Shown here: positions 19,700-29,514 of the stretch, piece after piece | Position numbering within the stretch: position 1 is the stretch's first letter | Layout of the letters: every line of letters starts with the position of its first letter | Origin: an uncultured Bacillota bacterium | GTDB taxonomy: Bacteria > Sysuimicrobiota > Sysuimicrobiia > Sysuimicrobiales > Segetimicrobiaceae | Direction: 5' to 3' | Assembly (NCBI GenBank): GCA_963804645.1 | Contig: CAWDRG010000019.1 | Span: 96,001-160,000, forward strand | DNA length: 64,000 nt | Position numbers and translations under genes: made by a program | The notes under the pieces: generated by a model | What the model saw: the letters and a program-made list of their open reading frames with translations, nothing else | Told to the model about the DNA's origin: nothing | Databases searched by the model: none

Positions 19700-19895
19700 C
19701 TTGGGACCCAGCCGGGCACCACAACACCTACGCATCCGCGCTCGCAGCGCAACCGGGTCAGTCGCAGGGGCGGCCAGATATCAGATCGGACTCGTGGTCC
19801 ATATTCGCGACGGCCTGCCCGTTGCTGGTGGTCCCTTGTGCCCCATGGCCCGGCTCCGCTACGATAAGTCGGAACCGGGTGGGACACCTCTTTCA
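19700..19895 (-). ncRNA. Predicted bridge RNA in the left end of IS110 element 2
   Basis: Internal loop closed by GGCC/GGCC and GGAC/GTCC stems, holding two segments matching the reconstructed target. Confidence 0.65.
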
Positions 19896-20206
19896 TAACC
19901 GATATCAGAGTGATTCACCGTCGCGAACGCTTCGCTTCCAGGACCCGAATACGCCGTCCATCCTCTGGGACGACGGAGGGCCGTTCGTGGCTTGACCTAC
20001 ACGGTACTTGACAGGCTCGTTCATATCAGACCTCGGGCGCGAGGCTCCGGTGGAGGAGGTCGCGGCCGATCCGCGAATCGTGATCCACGCACCGGGACGG
20101 TTCGTGGATCACGGAACCACGACATGCACGTATGCGCGCGGGCGGGGATCGCCGTTGTCGCCGCACGCCGCCCACCCCGATACCCCAGTTCCCTGGAGGC
20201 GCCGCC

Positions 20207-21028
20207 ATGAACGTGTTTGCCAGTCCGGAGATGATCCGATCGCTCACGCCGCTCAGCCGCTTCGACCGGTCACCCGACGGCCGGCCGCGGGTGCCGGACG
20301 ACGTGCTGGGACGCATCGCGCAGTCGTCGATCGAGCAGGCTTGGAAGACCCTCGGTCTGGCCGGGTACGATCACCAATTCGAGGGCAACTGGCTCCAAAC
20401 GCATCCCGGCCGCGTGCTGGTGGGCCGGGCGGTGACGGCCGTGTTCATGCCGTTCCGGCCGGATCTCGACGACGTGGTCATCGCGGGATCGGGCAAGCCC
20501 GCGGGGGAGCGCAAGGGGGGCGCCGGCCAAAACTCGTGGGTCATCGACAGCCTGCTTCCCGGCGACGTGCTCGTGGCAGACTTGTACGGCAAGATCGAGA
20601 ACGGGACGCTCGTCGGCGACAACCTCTCGACGACGCTCAGCCGACGGACGGGGGCCGGGGCTGTGATTGAGGGAGGCATTCGGGACTATGAGGGCGTGAA
20701 GCAGATCCCGTCCCTGCAGATCTTCTGCCGGGGCCTGCATCCGACCGCGATCCGCGAGATGTCGCTCGTCGGGGTCAACATCCCGGTGCGCATCGGCGGC
20801 GTGACGGTGCTGCCGGGCGACGTGGTGCTCGGCAAGGAGACGGGGGTGATCTTCATTCCGCCCCATCTCGCCGAGGACGTGGCCACGCGCGCGGAGGACA
20901 TCCGGCTGCGCGACATCTTCAGCAAGCAGCGGCTGGCCGAGGGGCGGTACACGGCATTCGCGATCGACAAGGACTGGACTCAGGACATCGAGGACGATTT
21001 TCGGAACTGGAAGACCGCGCGCGGGTAG
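20207..21028 (+). CDS. RraA family / HMG-aldolase-like protein
   Basis: LVGRAVT, PGDVLVAD, VGDNL, VIEGGIRD, VLPGDVVLG. Confidence 0.85.
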   Translation: MNVFASPEMIRSLTPLSRFDRSPDGRPRVPDDVLGRIAQSSIEQAWKTLGLAGYDHQFEGNWLQTHPGRVLVGRAVTAVFMPFRPDLDDVVIAGSGKPAGERKGGAGQNSWVIDSLLPGDVLVADLYGKIENGTLVGDNLSTTLSRRTGAGAVIEGGIRDYEGVKQIPSLQIFCRGLHPTAIREMSLVGVNIPVRIGGVTVLPGDVVLGKETGVIFIPPHLAEDVATRAEDIRLRDIFSKQRLAEGRYTAFAIDKDWTQDIEDDFRNWKTARG

Positions 21029-21121
21029 GACCGCGCACGTCGGCGCCACCCGCGCGGCGAGGGTGGGAGAGGCGCAGCCCCCGTCGGACACGCGGCCGGT
21101 CTGAGCGCGCGCCGCCGCGGC

Positions 21122-21979
21122 TTACCCCTCGGGGGTCCCGATGATCCGTGCGATGTCAGACGCGAAGCGCGTCTGGCTGTCATCCTCGGGCGCGTACCCG
21201 AGGACGCGCCGCGCGCTGGCCAGGCTCCAGAAGCGGTGGGTGTTGCCGCTGATCCCGTAGGCGATCAAGAACGGGACGTCGTGGACGTCCGCGATATTCT
21301 CCGTCTCTACCATGCGAATGACCTCTTGGACCTGGTCCCTCTTGGACAGGTACGCGCCGAGCGCGCGGTGCATGCGTTTGAGATCGCCGGGCGGCACCTG
21401 GGGTAGATCGGTGTCGCGCGGCGCGCCGATCCGCCAGGCCACGACCTCCAGCGGACGCCCGTCGACCCGGCCGGTCGCGAACACGAAGCCGAGGAGCTCG
21501 TAGGCGGCTTTGGACCAACCGTACCAGTTGTCCGAGCGGGGCAGCATCTCCGGCGTGACCATCTCCAGTTGCTCGGCCCAGATCAGCGGCTCGTAATAGT
21601 CCGCCGCGTGATTGGAACTCGTGAGGACGACCCGCCGCACGTTCTCCTCGAGCGCGGTGCGGCAGACGTTGTATGCGATCGCCACGTTCTCGTATTCCGC
21701 CCAGAACTTCGTGTCGTCAGTGTCGTGCGCCCGCGCGGCCGCCGACGGCCGGATGAACGCGCAGTGGACCACCGCGTCGGCGCCGCGGAAGAGCGCGCGG
21801 TACGCGTTGCGGTCGCGCTGCGTCAGGTCCGCCAGCACGACACCCGGCACCGGCACGCCGTTCCGGTCCGTCGCCCGCACGTCGATCGGCACGAGGTCCC
21901 ACCGATCACGGAGTTCGGGAAACATGCGCTGCGCCACGTACCCGGTGGCTCCCGTGAGGACGACCCGCCGCTTCGGCAT
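21122..21979 (-). CDS. NAD-dependent epimerase/dehydratase (uronate dehydrogenase-like SDR)
   Basis: LTGATGYVA, SSNHA, YGWSK. Confidence 0.8.
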   Translation of the reverse strand: MPKRRVVLTGATGYVAQRMFPELRDRWDLVPIDVRATDRNGVPVPGVVLADLTQRDRNAYRALFRGADAVVHCAFIRPSAAARAHDTDDTKFWAEYENVAIAYNVCRTALEENVRRVVLTSSNHAADYYEPLIWAEQLEMVTPEMLPRSDNWYGWSKAAYELLGFVFATGRVDGRPLEVVAWRIGAPRDTDLPQVPPGDLKRMHRALGAYLSKRDQVQEVIRMVETENIADVHDVPFLIAYGISGNTHRFWSLASARRVLGYAPEDDSQTRFASDIARIIGTPEG

Positions 21980-22085
21980 CGAGGGACCTCCTGTGCCCGC
22001 GCTGGCCCGGCCGCGGTCGCACACGCCGGTGAGGTGCTTCGCGATGCGCCGTCGTGAGTTCCTCGGTGGGCGCCCGTGTTTCACG

Positions 22086-23516
22086 TGTCAAGTCATTAAA
22101 GAACCTTACCGGAGAGGGTATCGTCAGGTCATTTAAGTTCTTACCGCGGAACCGGCGGTGGCGCGACGATCCTGTCGCTTGGCAAACAACCAGTCGTTGT
22201 TCCAGTGGTGCGCGCGCGGCTGGAACCGCGCGTCGACCGGGCTGGCCTCTGGGGTGCTGGCGCGGGGACTGTGACGCCGGTTGGCCAGCTGATAGATGCG
22301 CTCGAGCTTGCGATCGATGGCGGCCCCCAAGGCGAAGGGATCGATCTTGGCCCGCAGGCGCGCTAAGGTCCGGAGTTGTCGCGGATCGCCCTGTTTGGAG
22401 GCGAGGAGCCGATCCACGGGCGTTTGCGCGCGATCGTAGGTCCGGTGGACCTTGGCGCCGACCCGCGTCTTGCCGACCAGCTTGACCGACGGCTGAAAGA
22501 GGTTCATCATCAGGCGCAGTTCGTGGCGGTAGAGGTCGTTGATCGCCGTGAGCGCCTCGGCGGAGTCGTAGCGGTCCCAGCCCAACAGCTTGCGCACGTG
22601 GGTCCAGTTTTTCTGCTCCACGTGGGCGTTGTCGTTTTTCTTGTAGGGCCGGCTGCGGGTGAACTCGATCTTCGACCCTCGGCAATACTCCCACAACACC
22701 GTGTTGATGAACTCCGAGCCATTGTCGGAATCGAGGCCGCGGAGCGCAAAGGGCAGCGCCGCCCGCAGCTCCGCGAGCGCCCGCTGCACGCCGCGCTGCG
22801 TCTTGCTCAGGAGGGCCCGAGACTCCACCCACCCCGTCTGGATGTCCGTCAGGTTGAGCGATTGGAGGAAGTCCCCCACGGCCGAGTTGCCGGAATGGGA
22901 GACCAAGTCGACTTCCACGAAGCCGGGGGCCGTGACGTCCCAGTGCTCGGTGCGGACGGGGATATGGCTCTTGAGCAACGTGCCAGGCTTGGTGCGGCCG
23001 TAGAGCCGACGGCGGATCTGGCGCTTCCGACTGCGCAGGCGCCGGTCGATCGTACTGGGACTCATCTTGGGGAGCGCACGCAGCACCGCCCGCGGGATGG
23101 TGAAATGACGGCGGGCCCAGGGCAACCAGAGCGGCAGCAGCGCCTGGAGCCGTGCGGACCAGGGGTATCCCGCGGCCTCCCAAATCGCCGCGAGCACGGT
23201 GACCGTCTGCTCGGCATAGACGGGCTGCCGACGGCGTGGGGGGGCCGGTGTGGGCAACGGGCCGTTTAGCACCGTGATCGCGTATTTGCGATGGTACCCG
23301 GTCGTGGCACAGAATTCGTCCAGGATCGCGCGCCGGTGTTTGCGCGGCGCAAGCGTGTAGCGTGGGCGAACGGCGCGGACGTATTCGCGACGAGCGGCAG
23401 GGGTCACCGGGGCCTCCGGGGCGATAGACTGGGACGGCGCGCCCGGTAAGATCCTTCGTGATTTGACGATGCGGCTCATAGTAAGATTTTAGGTGAGTTG
23501 ATTCGTTTCATTGACA
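22086..23516 (-). mobile_element. rve-type DDE insertion sequence, copy A
   Basis: TGTCAA termini at both ends; repeated motifs ending in (A/T/C)CTTAC at both ends; single transposase. Confidence 0.75.
22133..23407 (-). CDS. Integrase-core (rve) DDE transposase
   Basis: EVDLVSH, TDIQTGW, DSDNGSEFIN, FTRSRPYKKNDNAHVEQKN. Confidence 0.9.
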   Translation of the reverse strand: MTPAARREYVRAVRPRYTLAPRKHRRAILDEFCATTGYHRKYAITVLNGPLPTPAPPRRRQPVYAEQTVTVLAAIWEAAGYPWSARLQALLPLWLPWARRHFTIPRAVLRALPKMSPSTIDRRLRSRKRQIRRRLYGRTKPGTLLKSHIPVRTEHWDVTAPGFVEVDLVSHSGNSAVGDFLQSLNLTDIQTGWVESRALLSKTQRGVQRALAELRAALPFALRGLDSDNGSEFINTVLWEYCRGSKIEFTRSRPYKKNDNAHVEQKNWTHVRKLLGWDRYDSAEALTAINDLYRHELRLMMNLFQPSVKLVGKTRVGAKVHRTYDRAQTPVDRLLASKQGDPRQLRTLARLRAKIDPFALGAAIDRKLERIYQLANRRHSPRASTPEASPVDARFQPRAHHWNNDWLFAKRQDRRATAGSAVRT

Positions 23517-23553
23517 GGGGGACGCGTCGGATTGTAAGGTGGGGTATGCACGC

Positions 23554-23629
23554 GGTGGCCGTAGCTCAAGGGCAGAGCACCAGACTGTGGCTCTGGGGGT
23601 TGCGGGTTCAAGTCCCGTCGGCCACCCCA
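23554..23629 (+). tRNA. tRNA-His (GTG)
   Basis: Cloverleaf with G-1, anticodon arm CCAGA-CT-GTG-GC-TCTGG, GGTTCAAGTCC T-arm, encoded CCA. Confidence 0.96.
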
Positions 23630-23726
23630 CGTCTCCGCCTGATGCCCGTGCCCGTGGTGGCGGGCCCCGAGTCCGAGGACCTGCGCGTCGTCGCCGATCG
23701 ACACCTGCACCCCGGGAGGCGATCCC

Positions 23727-23939
23727 ATGCGTGAGGAAGAGCAACCGGTCGTGATGACCGGGATCGACGTGCAGTTCGACGCGGCCGGCGGCCGCTGGGT
23801 CGCGGCCTGCGACGACCCGGGCGGCGACGCGCGTCTCGTCGTCGCCGCCGAGACGAGAGCGCGCGCGGAACGGCTGCTCGACGAGCGGTGGCGCGCCCGG
23901 CTGGAGGGGCTCGACCGGGAGGCTGAGGAAGAGCGCTAG
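23727..23939 (+). CDS. Small hypothetical protein
   Basis: GGAGG RBS, 70 aa, fills the gap between the tRNA and the next gene. Confidence 0.5.
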   Translation: MREEEQPVVMTGIDVQFDAAGGRWVAACDDPGGDARLVVAAETRARAERLLDERWRARLEGLDREAEEER

Positions 23940-23997
23940 GCGGTCGGCCGGTCGGGAGGGCTGACCCGCGCGCGGTGCGAACTTCTCCGGAGTCGCC

Positions 23998-24789
23998 ATG
24001 TCCGTCGCCCACTCACGCCCGCCGGCAGACCTCGAGACCCTCGTCGCGCCCAACGCGTCCCCGTACACCCTGGACGGGACGAACACGTATCTGCTCGGTG
24101 GGCCAGACATCGTGGTCATTGACCCAGGTCCCGACGACGCCGGACATGTGTCCCGCATCCTCGCTCACGCCGCGGGGCGGCGCGGCCGGGTCTCGCTGAT
24201 TCTGGTGACCCACGGACACGAGGACCATGAGGGAGCCGCGCGGTCGCTCGCCGAGGCGAGCGGGGCGCCGGTCGGCCGATGGCACGGGGGGGACCGACCG
24301 CTCGATGATGGGCCGGTCATTGGGGAGGGCCCGGTGCGTCTCCGCGTTCTGCACACGCCCGGGCACGCGCCCGATCATGTCGCGCTGCTGTGGGAAGAGC
24401 GGCGCACGCTGTTTTCGGGCGATCTCGTGCTCGGACGGGGGACGGTCACGGTGTCGCCGCCCGAGGGGTCGATGGACGACTATCTGCGGTCGCTCGCGCG
24501 CGTTGCGTCGCTCGATCTTGCGGCGATCGCGCCGGGACACGGACCCATGATCGAAGATCCCGCGCCCCGTGTGGCCGAATACCTGGCGCACCGCCGGTTG
24601 CGGGAGCGGCAGGTGCTGGAGGCGGTGGCCGCCGGGCCGCGGACGCCCGGGGAGATCTCGGCGCTGCTGTACCCGGATCTCGACCCGCGGCTGCACCCTG
24701 CGGCAGAGGGGAACGTACTCGCGCACCTGCTGAAACTCCTCGGCGAGGGACGTGTCGAGCGCGCGGGGAATCGCTACTACACGCCCTGA
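23998..24789 (+). CDS. MBL-fold metallo-hydrolase with C-terminal winged helix
   Basis: APNASPYTLDGTNTY, THGHEDH, TPGHAPDH, FSGD, PGHG. Confidence 0.9.
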   Translation: MSVAHSRPPADLETLVAPNASPYTLDGTNTYLLGGPDIVVIDPGPDDAGHVSRILAHAAGRRGRVSLILVTHGHEDHEGAARSLAEASGAPVGRWHGGDRPLDDGPVIGEGPVRLRVLHTPGHAPDHVALLWEERRTLFSGDLVLGRGTVTVSPPEGSMDDYLRSLARVASLDLAAIAPGHGPMIEDPAPRVAEYLAHRRLRERQVLEAVAAGPRTPGEISALLYPDLDPRLHPAAEGNVLAHLLKLLGEGRVERAGNRYYTP

Positions 24790-24822
24790 CGGCGGGACGG
24801 GCGGACGCGAGGGGAGTGGATA

Positions 24823-25038
24823 GTGATGGCGGTGCCGGTGACAGTCGAGCATGCGGTACATGATCGGAACGGGGGAGACGTGGTCGTCGGGAGCAAGGTC
24901 CGGATCGACGGGCAGCCCGACCCGGTCGAGGTGCACGAGATCGACCCTCGCTACGGCACGCTCGTGGTGTTGGTGCCGGGCCGGGCGGGGCAGCACATGG
25001 GATTGATGCTGCACGCATCAGACGTCGTCCTGGCCTGA
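24823..25038 (+). CDS. Small hypothetical protein (possible SH3-like beta barrel)
   Basis: GAGGGGAG RBS; 71 aa beta-rich sequence. Confidence 0.5.
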   Translation: MMAVPVTVEHAVHDRNGGDVVVGSKVRIDGQPDPVEVHEIDPRYGTLVVLVPGRAGQHMGLMLHASDVVLA

Positions 25039-25050
25039 CGAGGTTGCCTC

Positions 25051-25087
25051 AAAGCAGTCGGCGGGGGCTTCCGCCCCCGCCGACTGC
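25051..25087 (-). terminator. Intrinsic terminator after groEL
   Basis: GCAGTCGGCGGGGGC-TTCC-GCCCCCGCCGACTGC perfect stem with TTT on the minus strand. Confidence 0.8.
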
Positions 25088-25107
25088 GCCGAACCGGATC
25101 GTGCGTC

Positions 25108-26811
<1,704 letters not shown>

Positions 26812-27034
26812 TCACGTTGTAGATGGTCCTATCAATGGGGAATGAACGGCATCGCGGAGGCTCGGGGCCGATTTGACGGGTTTATCCCACTATCGCTCAG
26901 TATTTCTCTCGATATCTCTCGCGATCTGAATGGGACGACATCAGCCTTGGCGGGTAAGGCGGACGCATGGTGGGGGAGTTCCGCGCCTGGGTGTCAAACT
27001 TCAATGCCGGAGCGTCGAGAGGGAGGAATTGGGA

Positions 27035-27730
27035 GTGGCCTCGTGGGGGCGTGCCACCGCGGCGTTGTTGTGCCTCGCGGGCTTTCTCCTGGTCTTGCAG
27101 GTGCGGGCATACCGGGAGCTGAGCGCGGGTATTGAACTGCCGTCTCGGCGCCTGGAAGATCTCCTCGTGCTGATTCGGCGCCAGCAGGACTCGGACCGGG
27201 CGCTGCGCGACGAGGTCGCGTCGCTCGAGGCGAAGCAGCAGGAGATCCGAGCGACCGAGGCCGCGGGGCGCAGCCTCGCCGACGCGATGCGCCATGAGAT
27301 GGACGGGTACCGGCTGGCCCTGGGCATGACTGCGGTGGCCGGCCCGGCGATCTCCGTGACGCTCGCGGCAGACCCGAAACACGTCTCCGTGCCCCAAGCG
27401 CAGGACGTGGCGGCCATGGTCAACGAGCTCTGGGGAGCCGGGGCCGAGGCAGTATCGGTCAACGGGCTCAGGATGCTGGCGACCGATGGCGTCGTGTCGT
27501 CGGGGCGGGGCGTCCGGATCGCCGGGCGTCCCACGGGCGAGCCGTATGTGATCGTGGCGATCGGCGACCCCGCGGTCCTCGACGAGGCCTTGACGGTGCC
27601 CGGGGGTGCCGTCGACGGATTGCGCGGGGTCGGGCTCACGGTGACGCTGCGGCGGATTCCCCAGGCGGTGCTCCCGGCGTTCTCACGGACGGTCGAGTTT
27701 CACGTCGCCCGGCCGCTCCCCGGCCCCTGA
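27035..27730 (+). CDS. DUF881 family protein
   Basis: TM then coiled coil, GMTAVAGPAISVTL, VNELWGAGAEAVSVNG, PYVIVAIGDP. Confidence 0.85.
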   Translation: MASWGRATAALLCLAGFLLVLQVRAYRELSAGIELPSRRLEDLLVLIRRQQDSDRALRDEVASLEAKQQEIRATEAAGRSLADAMRHEMDGYRLALGMTAVAGPAISVTLAADPKHVSVPQAQDVAAMVNELWGAGAEAVSVNGLRMLATDGVVSSGRGVRIAGRPTGEPYVIVAIGDPAVLDEALTVPGGAVDGLRGVGLTVTLRRIPQAVLPAFSRTVEFHVARPLPGP

Positions 27731-27989
27731 TGGATCGCAGCGGGGCCGCAGCGGGTCGTACCGGCGGCGCTCTACCGGAGGGGGAAAATGATCGACGGCC
27801 GCCGCCCGGTGCGGGTTCCCGCCCTGGGCTGTCGCAGCCGTCGATGTCCCGTCCTGGAGAAGCTGCCCGCCTTGCGCCGGTGAGGCGTCAACGCTTGTCT
27901 GACTCGCCGGCGTCGCAGACCGCTCTTATCGAGACGGGTACATAAACTACCACGTTCGTGAGTCGGTTGTCAAGAGTCGAATCACGCCA

Positions 27990-29413
27990 TGTATTAGCTC
28001 CATGACTTTGTCACCCCTTAACGGCTCAGTGATTCTGTCACCCTGGGAGGATGACCAGGGAGACGATCACCTTGACCAAGCAGGAGCAACAGCGTGCACA
28101 TGTACTGTCTAAGGTGCAGGAGGGCACTCTTACGGCCAGTGCGGCGGCGAGCCTCATGAGCCTGTCGGTGCGGCACGTCCGGCGGTTGCTGGCGGAGGTG
28201 CGGGCGCAGGGACCCGCCGCCTTGGCCCACGGGAATCGCGGGTGCGTGTCCCACCGGCGCTTGTCCGACGCCGTACGGACCCAGGTCGTGACCTTGGCCC
28301 GCACGACCTATGCCGGCATCAATGATCATCAGCTCACCGAGCTCCTGCGGGAACGGGAAGCCCTCACCGTCTCGCGGCCCTCGGTCCAGCGCCTGCTGCG
28401 CGAAGCTGGCATCGGGAGTCCGCGGACCCGCCGCCCGCCTCGCCATCGCCGCCGCCGCGAGCGGATGCCGCAAGCCGGCTTGCTCATTCAGATGGACGGC
28501 AGTCACCACCCGTGGCTGGAGGACCGCGGGCCCCGCCTCGTCCTGCTCGCCGCGATCGATGATGCGACGGGCGAATTGCTCGGCGGCATCTTTCGCGAGG
28601 AAGAGGACTCGCACGGCTACCTGCTACTCCTCCGCCAGCTGATCACGCGCTATGGCGTGCCTGCGGCCATCTACACTGATCGTCACGGCATTTTCCATCG
28701 CGATCCCCGCACGCCCCTGACGGTCGCGGAGGAGCTCGAGGGACGACTGGAATCCACCCAGGTCGGCCGCGCGATGCAAGAATTGGGCCTCAAGTGGATC
28801 CCGGCCAATTCGCCGCAGGCGAAAGGTCGAGTAGAACGGCTCTTCGGCACGCTGCAAGATCGCTTGGTCGTCGAGCTGCGACTCGCGGGCGCGCAAACGG
28901 GCGCGCAGGCCCAGCGGGTCTTCAACCGCTTTCGACGGCGGTTCAACGCCCGCTTTGCCCACGCGCCCGCAGACGCCACACCGGCGTGGCGCCCCGCGCC
29001 GCCAGATCTGGAGCAGGTCTGTTGTTTCAAGCACGAGCGCAAGGTCCAGCACGACAATACCGTCCAACTGCAGGGCCGGTGGCTGCAACTGCGCCCCGGC
29101 CCCAACGGCCGCAGCTACGCCGGCCTCCGCGTGACCGTTCGAGCGCACTTGAACGGCACGCTCGCCGTCGTCTATCGGGGACAGCCACTGGCCGTCCGGA
29201 CGTTGTCGCACGCTCCGCGCCGGGCCACGGCGAGCCACAGCGCCACCACCGCCCAGCCCGCGGCGGCGGCCCCCGCGCCGCGCACTCCAACCGTCCCGTC
29301 GTCCACCCACCCCTGGCGACGGATGATCCAAGACGACATCTACAGGCAGCGCTTGCTCCAGAGGTGACATTTTCACAAATCCGTTAGGGTGACAGGATTA
29401 CTGAGCTATGACA
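27990..29413 (+). mobile_element. IS1202-like (ISNCY) insertion sequence
   Basis: TGT...ACA termini with doubled imperfect repeats ending TGTCACC; 16/17-bp direct repeat GAGTC(C)GAATCACGCCA on both sides. Confidence 0.85.
28051..29367 (+). CDS. ISNCY/IS1202-type DDE transposase
   Basis: N-terminal HTH, LAHGNRG, QMDGSHHPW, IDDATG, YTDRHGIF, SPQAKGRVER, HPWRR. Confidence 0.9.
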   Translation: MTRETITLTKQEQQRAHVLSKVQEGTLTASAAASLMSLSVRHVRRLLAEVRAQGPAALAHGNRGCVSHRRLSDAVRTQVVTLARTTYAGINDHQLTELLREREALTVSRPSVQRLLREAGIGSPRTRRPPRHRRRRERMPQAGLLIQMDGSHHPWLEDRGPRLVLLAAIDDATGELLGGIFREEEDSHGYLLLLRQLITRYGVPAAIYTDRHGIFHRDPRTPLTVAEELEGRLESTQVGRAMQELGLKWIPANSPQAKGRVERLFGTLQDRLVVELRLAGAQTGAQAQRVFNRFRRRFNARFAHAPADATPAWRPAPPDLEQVCCFKHERKVQHDNTVQLQGRWLQLRPGPNGRSYAGLRVTVRAHLNGTLAVVYRGQPLAVRTLSHAPRRATASHSATTAQPAAAAPAPRTPTVPSSTHPWRRMIQDDIYRQRLLQR

Positions 29414-29514
29414 GAGTCCGAATCACGCCATCTAAAATCTTACCGGGGCCCCGATCGTCGCGCCATCGAGAATCTTACCAGCGTTACACTCATCTTACGC
29501 CCCGGGAGGCCGCA

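Larger units (their letters stand above)
18470..19904 (-). mobile_element. IS110-family element 2 (intact), nested in the ncRNA of element 1
   Basis: ATA core at 18470-18472 and 19902-19904; short ATGAAA/TTTCAT sub-terminal repeats; removing it restores CCGAATATCAGAGTGATTC. Confidence 0.85.
18290..19970 (+). ncRNA. Predicted bridge/seek-type RNA of IS110 element 1, split into about 18290-18472 and 19905-19970 by element 2
   Basis: Long-range stems 18295-18332/19929-19965 and GAATCAC/GTGATTC (18422-18428/19910-19916); segments matching its own target and right end. Confidence 0.65.
16827..20030 (+). mobile_element. IS110-family element 1 (IS1111-like, ncRNA downstream of transposase), interrupted by element 2
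   Basis: 11-bp sub-terminal inverted repeats ATGAACGAGCC (16834-16844) and GGCTCGTTCAT (20014-20024); AGA core at both ends; DEDD transposase; structured 3' non-coding region. Confidence 0.8.

Noticed and set aside
19751..19755. AACCG matching the left terminus of IS110 element 2 as a second donor guide
   Set aside because: Only 5 nt and in the wrong orientation for a paired loop guide.
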